This document shows positions 27,877-42,190 of a DNA stretch of 64,000 bases, piece after piece. Below the pieces are notes generated by a model. That model made no database searches. It was not told the DNA's origin and saw only the letters and a list, made by a program, of their open reading frames with translations. A program made the translations under genes and the position numbers. Within the stretch, counting starts at the first letter, position 1, and each line of letters starts with the position of its first letter. The stretch comes from Octopus sinensis (Eukaryota), in assembly GCF_006345805.1 (NCBI RefSeq), contig NC_043004.1, positions 80,042,001-80,106,000 on the forward strand, given 5' to 3'.

Positions 27877-28077
27877 TTCAATAACTTAATTAATTGTATT
27901 TTATTTTCTAGTAATGATATATTATAGTTTATTAGATAAACTATAAATTTATTAATAATTTAACTTATTGTATATCGATCAAATTATAGTGTTTAGTTTT
28001 CATTTAATGTGCATGATGTATTATATATTTATATGTATATATATATATATATGTATATATGTATATGTATATATATG

Positions 28078-28110
<33 letters not shown>

Positions 28111-28125
28111 GTATATATATGTATA

Positions 28126-28156
<31 letters not shown>

Positions 28157-28405
28157 GTATGTATGTATGTATATATATTTGTTTTAAATAATTTAATTGA
28201 TTGTAATTTATTTTCTAGTAAAGATATATTATAGATTATTCTTTTCTTGAATATGTTAAAATTTTATTTTTATAGATATAATAAATATCTATACCAATTT
28301 ATTCTATTTTTTACTTACACAAGAATATATTTCTTAAGATATTTCGTATTTTACAAGATTATATACGTATATTTATTAATTTATCAAATTAATTAATTTA
28401 TCTTT

Positions 28406-28660
28406 AACGTGAAGAGTGACTATATTTATATTGAATTAATTTTACTGTTATCATTTCTTAAATAAATCCACGGAACACGTGTAGTTTTTCTACCAAATAT
28501 ATACTTTTTAATTATAACTATTATTTTTATTTTGCACTTTACGTAATCAGTTGTATATGCTTTATATTTTATTTAATCTTTCTATAAGATGTAATCTTTT
28601 TCTAAATGGTATAATTTAATTTTTTCATTATTAAATTGATAAAAGGTGTTTTTTCTAATT

Positions 28661-28751
<91 letters not shown>

Positions 28752-28820
28752 TGTGAAATTTGATTTAGTATTTCTAAATTGAATTTTTCCCTGTAAGTTT
28801 GAAATAATATTCCCTCATAA
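28406..28820 (+). mobile_element. Penelope-like terminal repeat with degenerate hammerhead; paralog of 60574-60910
   Basis: Colinear with 60574-60910 (GAG(T/C)GACTATATTTATAT, AACACGTGT, AAAAGGTGTTTTTTCTAATTTATA, GATTTAGTATTTCT). Upstream AT-rich sequence 26650-28300 also has patches matching 58850-60420. Confidence 0.65.
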
Positions 28821-28898
<78 letters not shown>

Positions 28899-29252
28899 CA
28901 TAATTAGTATATATGTACACACACATACATGCACACATTTATTAATATAATATATAGGAGGTATTGGTATCCAGAAACCGAAGATGGCTGCTAAGGCTAC
29001 GTAAGTGCTACGGGAGGACTGTAGTGCTTTGTGAGAACTCTCGGTTCGATAATGATACGAGTAAGGTGTCCAATACAGGTCTTGTGTAAGCATGCATATG
29101 TTAAATAAAATGAGACAAGTAAACCAAGTTTGTGTGGAATTTATAGTGCTTCTATATATTACATGTATAGTGCATGTCTTAATTATCCACAATCTTATGT
29201 AAGGAATCAATATCGTGTTAGAAATCGTTATTAAACAACGTTATCATATATT

Positions 29253-29349
29253 TATATGAAGACGAAAAACGTTTATAATTATATAATTATATAATTTTAA
29301 TGTAAAATTATATAATTATATAATTATAAACATTTTTCGTCTTCATATA
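29253..29349. repeat. Near-perfect 97-bp palindrome (47-bp arms, 3-nt loop, 1 mismatch)
   Basis: TATATGAAGACGAAAAACGTTTATAATTATATAATTATATAATTTTA-ATG-TAAAATTATATAATTATATAATTATAAACATTTTTCGTCTTCATATA. Confidence 0.9.
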
Positions 29350-29587
29350 TATATGTTGCTGTTACTTTGACGTACGACACTCACCTTTTGGTACTGGTGA
29401 TGTAGACGTTGTTGTTGGTGGAGTTACTCCTGTTGTTGGCCAATGAAAAAGGGATCACAATTGCGGTGCCCTAGCATAGCCGCAGCCTCAATGCTAAAGC
29501 ATATAAAAGAATATATAAGTTCAGCAAAATTTAGAGTCAGATGAATATGGTACTTAAGTTAAAGACACCAGAATTATAAGGATAATA

Positions 29588-29649
<62 letters not shown>

Positions 29650-29960
29650 AAACAAGTCAAAAATAGAAAATGCTAAAATAATTTTATAGTGAACATTTCA
29701 GTACCGGTTTCGGTCATTTTGAGACCTTTTCAACCGTAACGATTAAATAATTAAATTTAGAAAAATTAGAAGAAAAGTTTTTTTAAAAGAATATTTCTAT
29801 AGTAGTGTTCAGATTTAAGTGGCATTCTGCCTTTCTCTGACTCCCATGTTTGCACTTGTGTGTCGGAGGTCGTTGTGAGTTCTTGGAAGGGTAGTAGAGG
29901 AAGAAGGCTGGTGGGGAAAGGGGGATGGGAGAATCTGGGAGTGCCCTGATGGTCGTATTT
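29650..29960 (-). mobile_element. Penelope-like element 3' end with degenerate minimal hammerhead (29699-29736)
   Basis: Minus strand CGG-TTGAAAA-GGTC-TCAAAAT-GACC-GAAA-CCGG-TA-CTG; flank ATAAAATTATTTTAGCATTTTC recurs at ~32462 and, inverted, at ~30850. Confidence 0.55.
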
Positions 29961-29982
29961 TGAATATATATATATATATATA

Positions 29983-30048
29983 TTAGAGGGAAACCACTAT
30001 GTGGACACCTTTATGCACAAGGGTGTCCACATAGTGGTTTCCCTCTAA
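29983..30048. repeat. Perfect 27-bp inverted repeat (snap-back hairpin); its right arm begins a ~135-bp direct repeat (30023-30158 / 30563-30700)
   Basis: TTAGAGGGAAACCACTATGTGGACACC ... GGTGTCCACATAGTGGTTTCCCTCTAA. Confidence 0.9.
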
Positions 30049-30695
30049 AATGTATATAATACAATTTTACTGAACCTTCATTTTTTTTATATGCTTGACC
30101 ACAGGTGTGAAATCGATGTTAATTAAATTAATATCTAATTTCTCACTCTCATTTTAAATTTAGATTTAAATTAATGCGTCCTTTAACCGGCAAGGGCCAC
30201 TGCAGTAAAGTATTATCTGCAGCATCAATTTTTCTGATAATTTAGGGCGCCAAAACGAGGATATTTGAAGTAGTAAATGCGAGCGTAATGAGTAGAACTG
30301 TTTACAGATCTGACTTTGTTCGGACGTCCTAGTATGCAGTCCTGCAAATTATATTCATCTGGACGGTCGCACCGATGATCTATGGACATTTATGTAAGTA
30401 ATATTACGTAATATGTAAATAGTGACACATGTGTGCGAATAATCCATATTTTGTTGCTTTTTCTTTTGTCCAGCTTGATTACGTTTTGGTTGTTTTGCTA
30501 AATTTTTCTTGAGAACATTTCTTAGTAATAAGACGTGTGCGGATCTATTTCTACCATAAGTGTGTCCACATACCGGTTTCCCTCTAATATGTTTATAATA
30601 CAATTTTGCTGAACCTTCAGTTTTTTCTTATATGCTAAACCACTAGTGTGAAATCGATGTTAATTAAATTAATATCTAATTTCTCACCCTCATTT

Positions 30696-30823
<128 letters not shown>

Positions 30824-30829
30824 TAAAGG

Positions 30830-31960
30830 AAAATAAGACAACGTAAAAATACTAAAATAATTTCGTCATGAAGAAAAATTTAGTAGCAACTTCAGTCTTT
30901 GCGACTTTTTCAACTTAGAGTAAAGCATGAAAATCATTTAAATTGTGAAAGAATTAAATGAAATATTTTTTTTTTAATATTTCCATAGTTTTCAAATGGA
31001 AGTAGGGTACTAGAAAAATACGGCAAACTATTCTCCCTCTACATAGAAAATAACTGGAACAGGTATCTGGATTACTGCTTCATTCATTGGCATGAAAGTA
31101 CAGAGGGACTTAAAGAATTTCAAACACTTATATATGAACCTGACATAAACATGTAATTTAAGATGGAATATAGCCATCAACAATTTCCATTCCTCGACAT
31201 CCTCATTAAGAAATCCAACAACAAAATAGAAACAGGTATATATTATATGCCCACGGACTCCAAGCAATATCTACCGCAATAACTCAGACATCCGAAACTA
31301 AAGAAGGATTTACAACCAAAGGCCCTACCATAAATCACCACACACAACCCCCTTAACAATGATGCTTTCGACACCATCCTCCAGTACATTCTCCTACTAA
31401 AAATGAACACAATGAATTTATTCCTCCAAACGCCCACCGTCATAAAGAGTAAAAGACAACCTAATCAATAAAAAGTCTCCTAAAGCAAACCCAAGTACAC
31501 TTGACAACAACACTGAAGACAAGTGTAAATAAAATGCGGTTGACATAACTGGGGTATGTGCGTCAACCTAATTGAGGGATAGGCGTTCTCTCTCAAACAG
31601 GGTCAACGTTTTACATTGAAAAACAACTTCACATGTGCTTCGAAAAACCTAATATAAGTATTAAATTGCTCAGGATGCCGAGAGCAATACATAGGCCAAA
31701 TCGAAAACAATCTACATCAATCGATGACTCTACATAGATCCCAGATTAAAATTCGGGAATACAGAAAAATTGCATACATCGAACACATCGACATTAGCGC
31801 TACTAGCAAACAACGCAAATTCAGAATTTTCCCCCTCTATCAATTCATGGACGATGCAACCTATAATCACCACCGCATTAGCATTAGCATTATCACAAAA
31901 TATAAACCCCTTTTGAATGCGTCCACCACAAATGAGACTACTATAAGGGCTTTAGAATAA
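30830..31960 (+). mobile_element. Penelope-like element (RT C-terminus + GIY-YIG endonuclease), decayed, preceded by an inverted terminal segment
   Basis: MEYSHQQFPFLDILIKK..IETGIYYMPTDSKQYL (~31155-31275); FTCASKNLI*VLNCSGCREQYIGQ (~31625-31700); FRIFPLYQ..KYKPLLN. 31850-31900 is duplicated at 32715-32768. Confidence 0.8.
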
Positions 31961-32167
31961 TACCCACACAAATATTAAAAACAATATATTCATGAATTTA
32001 CCCATGAATTTATTCAGAACAATTCCAGTTACTACTTTTATAACCACAACAGGTCACTTTTAGGTCACTAAGAAAATTCCACCAACAACCTACTACTGCC
32101 ATACTTTCGTATTTTTCTTATTTTTCTCTTCTTTTCCTACACCTTCTTCTTATTATTATTATTCCAT

Positions 32168-32275
32168 CATCATCATCATCATCTTCTTCTTCTTCTTCTT
32201 CTTCTTCTTCTTCTTCTTCTTCTTCTTCTTCTTCTTCTTCTACTACTTCTTTTACTTCTTCTTCTTCTACTTCTT
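32168..32275. repeat. (CAT)n/(CTT)n microsatellite
   Basis: Direct reading. Confidence 0.95.
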
Positions 32276-32538
32276 CTCTTCGCCATCTTCTTTTTTTATC
32301 TTCTGCTTCTCCTCCGCCTCCTTCCTCGGCTATTGCTGCTTAAACAATCAAACCCAAGAACTCACATCCCTCATATAAAATATTCCTTTAGGACTGCTAC
32401 TACCTACTACCTACCACCAAGCCTTCACAAGATTACTAAAATGTACCAACATTTTCTTCATGATAAAATTATTTTAGCATTTTCTACCTTGATTTATTTT
32501 CTTTATAAATACCGACTAGTGTGCCTTTTCAACCTTCT

Positions 32539-32632
<94 letters not shown>

Positions 32633-32636
32633 TTAA

Positions 32637-32716
<80 letters not shown>

Positions 32717-32767
32717 ACGATGCAACCTATAATCACCGCATTAGCAAAGCCTCATATTTTATCACAA

Positions 32768-35515
32768 AAGTCACGAAAATTGGAACATGGAACGTAAGGG
32801 AATTGAACATTGGGAAGTTGGACACCATCAAGAAGGAAATGAATCGATTAAACATCGCTATCCTAGGAGTCGGCGAAGTTCATTGGACTGGCAATGGTTT
32901 CCTCAACTCTGGTGATCATACAATGTACTTTTCGGGCAATAGCAAGACCAGACAAAATGGAGTGAGATTTGTTCTATACAAGAAAATATCCAAGTGTGTT
33001 GAAGGTTACCAGACCATCAGTGATCGAGTGATTACCATTCGCATCAAAGTCAAAACCAACAACATCACATTGTACAAATCTACGCACCAACTGCCGACGC
33101 CGAAGAAGATGAGATTGAACAATTCTATGCAGAAATTCAGGGCGCAATCGAGGAAACACCACGAACAGATGTTGTCTATATTCTGGGAGATTTCAATGCC
33201 AACAATGGAGAAAAAGCAGAAGCAGACATTGTTGGCAAATTTGGATTAGGAGAACGGAATGAAGTAGGAGATCGACTGGTCCAATTTTGTCAAGAACAAA
33301 ACATGCGGCTAACCAATACTTGGTTTCGGCAGCCAAGATGACGGCTTTACACCTGGACGTCGCCAAGTGGACAGTACCGCAATCAAATCGACAACATCCT
33401 ATGTCAGCAACGGTGGAAGAGTTCAGTCCAAGCTGTGAAGACGTACCTTGAGGCAGACTGTGGATCTGACCATGAACATCTGGTTGCCAAGATCAAAATT
33501 CGATTCTGCAATGTCAAGCGACCACCCGCTTGCCAGAAATTTGTTACCAACAAGATCGGTCTATCATATGTCGCTGAGATCAGAAGCCGCTTCGAACTGC
33601 TCGCCATCGAAGCAGAAGATATATGGGAGAATGTGAAGGAAATTGTCGTTGAAACAGCAGAGAAACATGTACTATACAAGAAACCCACACGATCAGCAAA
33701 GTGGATTTCGGAGGAGACTTATGCAATAGCAGAAGAAAGAAGGAGAGCAAAGGTGACCAGAAGCAGGGATGAAGTGCGGCGCCTGAATGCAATGTTCCAA
33801 CAGGCTGCCAGGAAGGACAAAGAGAAATACTGGAATGAGGAATGTGCAAGGGAAGAGGAGGCATACAGGAAACGGAACATGAGAGAACTTTACCAACATG
33901 TAAAGAAGGCCCGTGCAGCATCCATGGCAAGACAAGCAACCTTCCGTGGGAGAAATGGTGAAGAACCACATGACCTAGAAGGGATAAGAAAAAGATGGAA
34001 AGAATACACTGAACAGTTGTACGCAGGGAACAACCGTGATGAGCAGGCAGAAGAGAAGCCACTGGAACTGGAGCCAGACATCCTGGAGGATGAGGTGGTA
34101 TGGGCAATGAAACAGCTGGCCAAAACCGAGAAGCCCCAGATACTGATGGCATACCACTAGAATTACTCAAGCCAATACCAACAAAAACACTAACATCGCT
34201 TTGCCAACGAATATGGAGAACCTGTAATTGGCCAATGGAATGGAAGAGGTCAGTTGTCATTCCAATACCAAAGAAAAGAGACACCAAGGACTGCGCAAAC
34301 TACCATACCATCACTCTGATCCCCCATGTAAGCAAAATTCTCCTTAAAATCACCCAGAAGCGCCTAAACAGAACTATATAGAGAGAATTGCTAAAAGTGC
34401 AAGCTGGTTTAAGAAAGGGAAGAGGCACCCGCGATCACATCGCCAACCTTCGGTACATTATGGAAAAGGCAAGAGAATACCAAAAGAAGCCGTACATGTG
34501 TTTCATTGTTTACTCCAAAGCCTTTGACAGCATTGATCATGACAAGTTATGGAGAAAATGGGAACACCTTCACACCTTGACCAGCTTATTAGATCACTCT
34601 ATCGAAACCAAGAGGCTACAGTACGGACACTATATGGCGACACTGATTGGTTTGAGATTGGAAAAGGCACTCGGCAAGGTTGCATCCTGTCACCAGCAGC
34701 CTTCAAAATGTACGCTGAAAAGGTCATGAGGAATGCAGACCTGGAGGATAGCAGCATTGGAGTGAAGATTGGAAGAAGAAATATTAATAACCTTCGCTAT
34801 GCAGATGATAAAATGCTACTGGCAGAAAATAATAAGGATCTAGAGAAACTTATCCTGCTAGTCAAGAAAGAGAGTGAGAACTTTGGGCTGTACCTCAATG
34901 TCAAGAAAACAAAAATCATGTCAACAGCAGCCACAACAAACATCAGCATTAAGATCGATAATAAAGAGATCGAAGTGGTAGATGATTTCATATTCCTTGG
35001 CTCCAAAATAAATCGAAATGGTAACTGCACTCCAGAAATAAGGCGGTGGATAGTACTAGGCCAAGAGGCAACGGTCAGCATGAACAAGGTCTGGAAGAGT
35101 AGAGACTTCAGCCTTGCTACCAAATGCAGATTGGTGTATGCAATTGTCTTCTCAATAGCAGCATATGGCTGCGAGAGCTGGACACTAAAGAGAACTGACC
35201 AGAAGAGAATTAGTGCATTCGAGCTTTGGTGTTGGAGAAGACTTTTACGGATTCCATGGACAGCGAGGCTCACCAATGATGAAGCCGAAACTGTCGCTAG
35301 CATCACCAAGCAAAGATTGGCATATTTTGGTCATATTATGCGGAGAAAATTCCTGAAGAACGACATCATGTTTGGAATGGTCAGTGGCAAGAGAGGAAGA
35401 GGCCGACCAAGAACCTGCTGGCTTGATACCATCAAGAGTGACACGGGAATGACCATAGCCAATCTGAAAGAAGCGACTCTGAAAGAAGAACTGGCTGGAA
35501 ATCACTTCGACTGAG
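32768..35515 (+). mobile_element. RTE-clade LINE, near full ORF but multiply frameshifted
   Basis: [34 protein letters not shown]; ADCGSDH; RQGCILSPAAF; INNLRYADD; FIFLGSKI; YGCESWTL; FELWCWRRLLRIPW; GRGRPR. Confidence 0.93.
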
Positions 35516-35572
<57 letters not shown>

Positions 35573-35702
35573 AGTCTTAATTGCAGATGGCTCAATTCCA
35601 TGACAAAAGACTTAAGGTACCACCAACCAAACCCACTAATTCCCTTCTTGGCACCAACAGAAAACATTAAAAACAAGAAGAACCGATTTTATCAGAAATA
35701 TT

Positions 35703-36090
35703 TGGCTGTGTGGTAAGAAGCTCGTTTCCCAAAAACAGTTCAATCCCACCACGTGGTACCTTGGTTAAGTGTCGTCTACTATAGGCTCATGCCGATCAAA
35801 ACCTTGTGAGTATATTTGGCATTTGGAAACTGAAAGAAGCCCATCGTTTATATATATATATATATGTATATATTTATGTGTATGTCTTTGTGTTTGTGTT
35901 TGATCCCTTCCCCAACGCGCTTGACAGCCGATATTGGTATATTTACGTCACCATAACTTAGCGGTTCGACAAAGATACTGACAGAATGAGTACGAGACTT
36001 AATAAGAATAAGTCGATTTCTGCGAGTAAAAAGTGGTGCTCCAGAATAGCCCCTGTCATATGACTGAAACAAGTTAAAGAATATAAGAAT
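35703..36090 (+). mobile_element. SINE family A, diverged copy
   Basis: TGGCTGTGTGGTAAG head, GAAACTGAAAGAAGCCC core, GTGGTGCTCCAGAATAGCC..GACTGAAACAAG tail. Confidence 0.8.
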
Positions 36091-38589
36091 AAACGTATAC
36101 CATACACACTCGCGCGCTCGCAAGCACTAACATGCTCGTACGCAGATGGACACATACACACACACTTACAGAAGTCAATAATAAATAGGGTTATCTTTGT
36201 ATTGTGAAACTGTATTGTGAAACCAGTAGCTGGGCGTCATGAGAGTTTGAGAGTCGAAGAGTTGAGAGTCGACTGTTCTAGTCGGCGTCTTGTGGAGTTA
36301 ACAGTGATAGTAAGTGAGAAGAAGTTAGTGTATTACTCCTCCAGTACGAAGAGATACAACGGTATCCGATGACTAGTAACTATTGTGGTTACTAGCTTAA
36401 ACAGCAACTACAGTACAACGGAAGTCACACATCACACCAGTGTGAGGAACCCACTTTATACTAGTTATATACAACCTTTTTACAACATGCATAGAATCCA
36501 CAGAAGACATGGTAAAGAAAGCAAAATTGGATTGCAAACATACTTAGATTACTCCTAAGTATCACAGTTGGCTAACAGGAAAAAACAAGAGCAACAGTGT
36601 ACAGATCGTTCATTATATCCATCATGCATTGTGGCAGTTCCCTCTGAGCTCCAACCTCCCGACAACAACTCACTTAAACATTCCAAGGAGACAGAGCTGT
36701 ACCTCTGCACCATAAACTGCTCTATCCAATCTACATCCAGAGATCCAATCCACATCGAAATAATGAACATGTGAGAGAAATACTTTGTTACCGTTGAAAA
36801 GTTCAATTCCCTCTGATCCTGTTAATACCTCAAAATCAACCATGATGTACAACTCCACAGAAAACGTAGCACCATAATGTTTTAAAACACTATCTCTCCA
36901 ACAGAACCGAGTCAAACATAGAAACATATACACGACTGCCACTAGAATCTATGTGCTTATAGAAATAGATCGACCAACTGAGACATTGCAATATATCTTG
37001 ATTGTTATATCGCAAACCATACGCCTCATTACTGCATGTCAGAATGTGCAAGTAGACGGAGACATAGTTTAACTAGGATGACTGGTCTATCAGGCCACGT
37101 CGTTCATCCGAGTATCTTCATACTGTAAGACTACGCGAACAGCGAGACCTGAGACTAGACAATGAAAACAAGTTGCAAACTGAAATTGCTGGATATTGTC
37201 TTACTGTTTACCGGCGAGCTTCTGGAATGATGATATTTCTTTAATTAAGCTTTCAAACCGTAACAGCAAACTGAATGCAGAGACCCCAACAGTCTCTCGG
37301 CTTTAGAATTTTTATATTATTATATTTCCCAGCTTCCAGATCTCTTGTTCGATATTCTGTGTATTGTGATAGTATTTGGTTATTTTAGTGAACGAATGAT
37401 TTTTTCTTACTGAACCATCAAGGAAGTGGAGCATATATCTCTTATCTGAAGCCTCTCCAAGGCATTTCTTGGCATTTATTGTTTTCCTTACAAAAGTTCA
37501 GTCGATCGGACAGTCACTTCAAGCTAACAAGTACACAATTACCACAAAACTGTGTCTCTGGAATATACGGAAGAACATATTCAGTGTAAAGCATTTCTGG
37601 TAGTGTGTGGCGATGTTACTTCATAATCACAGTCCTCAAATCAAAATATCAAGTGCAAATGCGTGAATGAGGTTGGAATTGATAATGGTGAAGATCTCTC
37701 GCTCGGCAGTTGGCCTGCAATACGACATGGTAGGATCGGTTGTCATCTAGTTTCTGCAGTACGAAAGAAACGAGGAAAGATCCACTGAAGCAGGCTTGAA
37801 TGCCACTCTGATGGAATGTAACATCCGACATGAACCTACCAGATTTTGCTTTACGGACAGATGGAGAGAGCTATGACATGAAAATAAAATGTTTGATATC
37901 ATTTGGCAGAAACTAAGTGACCAGGTAAGACACATTAGAAAGAAAGATTGATTAACTCAAGTACAGTTCGAAAAAATCAAACAGACGGAGAACGTAAGAC
38001 AATATAAGACAGATAAATGTCAAATACACTCAAAACAAAGACATGGTGTTCAATTACCACGTATCACAAGACACCCCTATGTGTACGGGAAACCAGAGTA
38101 TGAATTTTTGTTGAACAAATTATTGGCCGTTGGCTACATGATATTACCCAATCAGATGAAAGAAAAATGTTACTGTCAATAAAAAGGCAATGAAGAATAA
38201 AATAATGAGATATAGATAGTTAATCAAGTCTTGGAGATGATATAAAGTAGTGGTATCACCATGACCAACAAGTTAGTATATATGCTGCAGCCGTGCTAGT
38301 AATAGAACTTAGCATGAAGGTATCACAACCCCCCAAAAAAGAAAGAGAACCATAGTGGAAAAGACGATTACAAGGACAGGTAGACTAGTTGCGAAAAGAT
38401 CTTGCATGGGTAGAGATTCTTAATCATGAGAATATGTATAAGACTGGATTTCAAGAAGCAATCAAAAGAAACTACTGGCTGAAACAAAAATTATAGAAGA
38501 GCAATGAAGAATTAAAGCAAAAGGATAAAAGTGAAAGCTGCCAAAAGTAAGAGACACGGTAACAGATTTGTTGGCCTTGATTTTTTTCC

Positions 38590-40520
38590 CTGTAACCGAT
38601 TCAAATTTTTTCTAGAATGGTGCCGACCGTCTCCAGTTCGGAGGCGTCCGACATCATGAAATTATGTCGTCCGTGTGCGGAGACACTGCCCTTCCATGTC
38701 CCTGTTCGAATGGAATGCCCCTTAACTGTTTCAACTTCCGCAGCCAATACGTACAGACCGAGCGTGCAAACGGTTCCGATAAGTGGCTATTTACTTTGAC
38801 CACTGAGCAGATGCCGCTCTGCATTGCGGCGATCCAGCTTCTGAAAAAGGGACCGAAACCGACTGCTTTCAGGACAGCTTCCAAGCAGTGATGGTTGACT
38901 CTATCGAATGCTTGATTGATTGATTTAGTTTTACCCAAATTGAGCAGAGCACCCCGGAAGCCAGCTGTAGTGATACCCCTCTCTATAATGTATCGTGTAA
39001 GGTTGAGGTTACCGTGAATAAGACCTGTTCGGGAATGTGCATGTTTGTGTTTCCCGACCAGGCGACCAACGACAAGCGCCAATCCTTTCGCTAACACCTT
39101 GGCAAAAGTCTTAAACTGTGTGTTTAGCAGAGTTATGGGTCAAAAATTCCTTAGTACGTCATCTCTGTCGGCGTTCATCGTCAGCAGTGTAACCACACCC
39201 CAGCTAACAACACCTGGAATACTCTCGTTCTGTTGCCAGTTGCGCTGTACATCTGCTAAGAGGTCAACAAACAAATCTGGTATGAACACATAGAATTCAT
39301 AAGCTAGACCATCCAAACTAGATGATTTCTGACGTGTGCAATCGTTCATCACCTCCTGAATTTCTGTGGCTGTTATCGGCTTTTCACATAAACTCATGTC
39401 AGCTGGTGAGAGCCGCTGTAGGCCGTGCGATTACTAACTAAAGTTCACTATCACCTTCGACCCATTTTCTCCACAAACAGCTGCATAAAGTACTGCTGGA
39501 GAGTTGCACACATCCCCTCTGCGCCCAGTAGCACGCGCCTATCCTAATCAATCAAAGACTTGATCGCGATTTTGTTTACACGTCGCGTTTCCCCTTTCGG
39601 GCCCACCGAACAGCTTTAGTTCCTCCTTGTTTGAGCGAACAGGCCTAAGGCCTGACAACGCAATCATAGTGTTTCGCTGCTTCGAAGAAATAATCAAGGA
39701 CCATTCTCACCGCTACTACATCGGTCACGATGCCCTTATTAGATACCTCATCTAATTTTATAGCTAGTTCACCTCGTAATCTCTTCCTTTCTATTGCTAA
39801 CTCTTTGCTAAACGCTATCGATTCTGTTCTAATCACCCGCTTTAGGAACATCCACCACTGGTTGTTGTCGACTGCCACTGCCAACTGCCGCTTAACTAGT
39901 TCATTAATCCGGCCCCTATAGTCTTTGCATGCAGTAAGAACGCATTTAACTTCCTGTAACTGGGTCCCTGTCTACGGGACTTACCTAACACGACTGTGCA
40001 GACCACAAATTTGTGATCTGTGTAGTCGACCAATTTAAATTTTAGACAACCTACGCCATCTCTCTCCTCTGATCTAACAAATACTGTATCTAGATACGAT
40101 CTGGACACCTATAGTAGTTGCTCCACATCCATACTGGCACATCATTGAAAGCTAGTCGATATCTGTCAGACAACTGAAAGTTTCTGAGCAGGTTTTCTAG
40201 GTCATAGCACCCACTTCTTCTATATACTAGCCCAACACAGTCAATCTGTGCATCTAAAGCACTATTCCAGTCTCCTAGTACTAATAGGTGAGACGTTCTC
40301 AGGAAAGCTTCAAGACGCCTGAAGAGATTTGGCTCTCCAGACCTGTCGGGCCTTCCCTACCATTCTCGTCTAGGGCCACCAACCTACTGTCTGCGTCCAT
40401 AAATATTGCCCGTACTTTGAGACATAAGGACTTTTGGAATAATTTTGCTACTTCGCCGCCCACTCCCGACAAACCACAGGATGAGAATAATGGGCGCTAA
40501 CGCTCGCGAAACGCTGCATA
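38590..40520 (-). mobile_element. Tx1/L1-clade LINE remnant (EN through RT), same family as 1-2440
   Basis: LVLGDWNS, SYLDTVFVR..TDHKFV, WWMFLKR, CEKPITATEI..SLDGLAYEFY..PDLF.DLLADV..NWQQN (matches ORF 47-898), QAFDRVNH. Confidence 0.85.
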
Positions 40521-41269
40521 AAAGGATCACTGCCCAACTGGATGAATGGCTGTAGCACGTCCCTACCTGAATGACGAAAGAAGGAATGCTGCTATGTCTC
40601 GAGGATTTCTTGAAAGGTAACTTGACATCAAATTTTCGGCCTAAAATCTGTCTACCACCTATGTGGAAGCTTATCGAGGATGTCTAGGCGGAAAAGCTAT
40701 ATAATATTCTAGAAAGTGACAATCTACTTATATGAGAGCAGAAAGAATACAAAAAACAAAGTAGGGCAACAAAAGACTACTAATTATTTGATAGAATGAG
40801 AATTAGTAATTGTAGACGCAGATTGATGGAACTGAGTGTAGCATGGTTAAGTTACCAAAAAGCGTCCATTGCCTTGTGGGGGTTCCAAAGGGGCGATTTC
40901 TAACAAATATTCTTCATATTTCGTCGGTAGATTCCTGGTGTAAGATTTCTGTGAATATGAAATTATCATATGCATATGGAATGTGATGAGAATTTCTGGA
41001 ACTGTATCCCATAGAAACTCAACAAAGTATTAAAGATGGTGAAGAGAACATGTTAGAATTTTAGAAAGAAGTTTAATATATGCATACGATCGGTTCGAAC
41101 CGAAATGTTAACATGCAAATAACATGGTAGAATAATTGGAAATTAATTGAATTACATTAAATTAATTACATATTACTGTAACCCTCAGTTCAAAAAAAAA
41201 GAATGCATTAAAAAATTATTGTTTTTGTTGCAGAAGACTTGATAGAGGACGTAGCAAATAACATATTCG

Positions 41270-42100
41270 GATATATATATTTCTCCCTATGAAAGATCAA
41301 GAACAGACTAAGAAAAGTGTTGTTGAGTCTAGTTGTGAAAAAACCTAACTGATTCCGCCAACGGCTATTTGAAAATATATGTGAAAGATGTTATAGAAAT
41401 AAAGATAGAAGTATAGTTGTCAATATTACAGAATTAAGATATTAAATACTTGCTGTTGCGAAAAATATTGAATAATCCGTTCCAGGAAAATGAAATGGAA
41501 AAAGTTAGGTTTTCAAAAGGCTAACTAATTAACAATGTAGGGGCGTTACAGCTGAGACAAATCGTAAGAATGTTTTTTCTAAATGTTATAATTATCGGTA
41601 TTTAGTAGGTTACTATATTTTTGTATAAATAATAAAAATAAATTGAATGAGTTGAAGTTTATAGTTATATTATATAAATAATATTGTCTAACGGATATAC
41701 GGTAATAGTGAATTGTGAATGTAAGAAAAAATTTGTTTTTATTTATGGAATAAAAGGTGCAAATAAATATATTAAAAAATGGAAATAATTCATATATAAA
41801 AATCTGTTTCTATATTGTATACTGATACATTTACAGAAAATATATATGCAAGAAACTTATACAAGGGATTATATATGCTAGCTACATTTTAGTTATTTTC
41901 TTTGAGGTTGGGTGTGGCAGATAAAACACCGTACAGAGGTAAAGAGAATACTTTTACCAGTGTAAAGATAGGGCCCCCAAAAACGAATATAGGTATAATT
42001 ATAAATTATAATTATAATTATAATTATCCACACATATGAAAGAAAGATATTATTATAAGCAATAATATATATGTTTATTTGTATGTTAATAGGCAGCAAT

Positions 42101-42190
<90 letters not shown>

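Noticed and set aside
36180-38560. GC-balanced sequence suggestive of a decayed LTR or coding TE
   Set aside because: No paired LTRs, PBS/PPT or protein motifs could be identified by eye.
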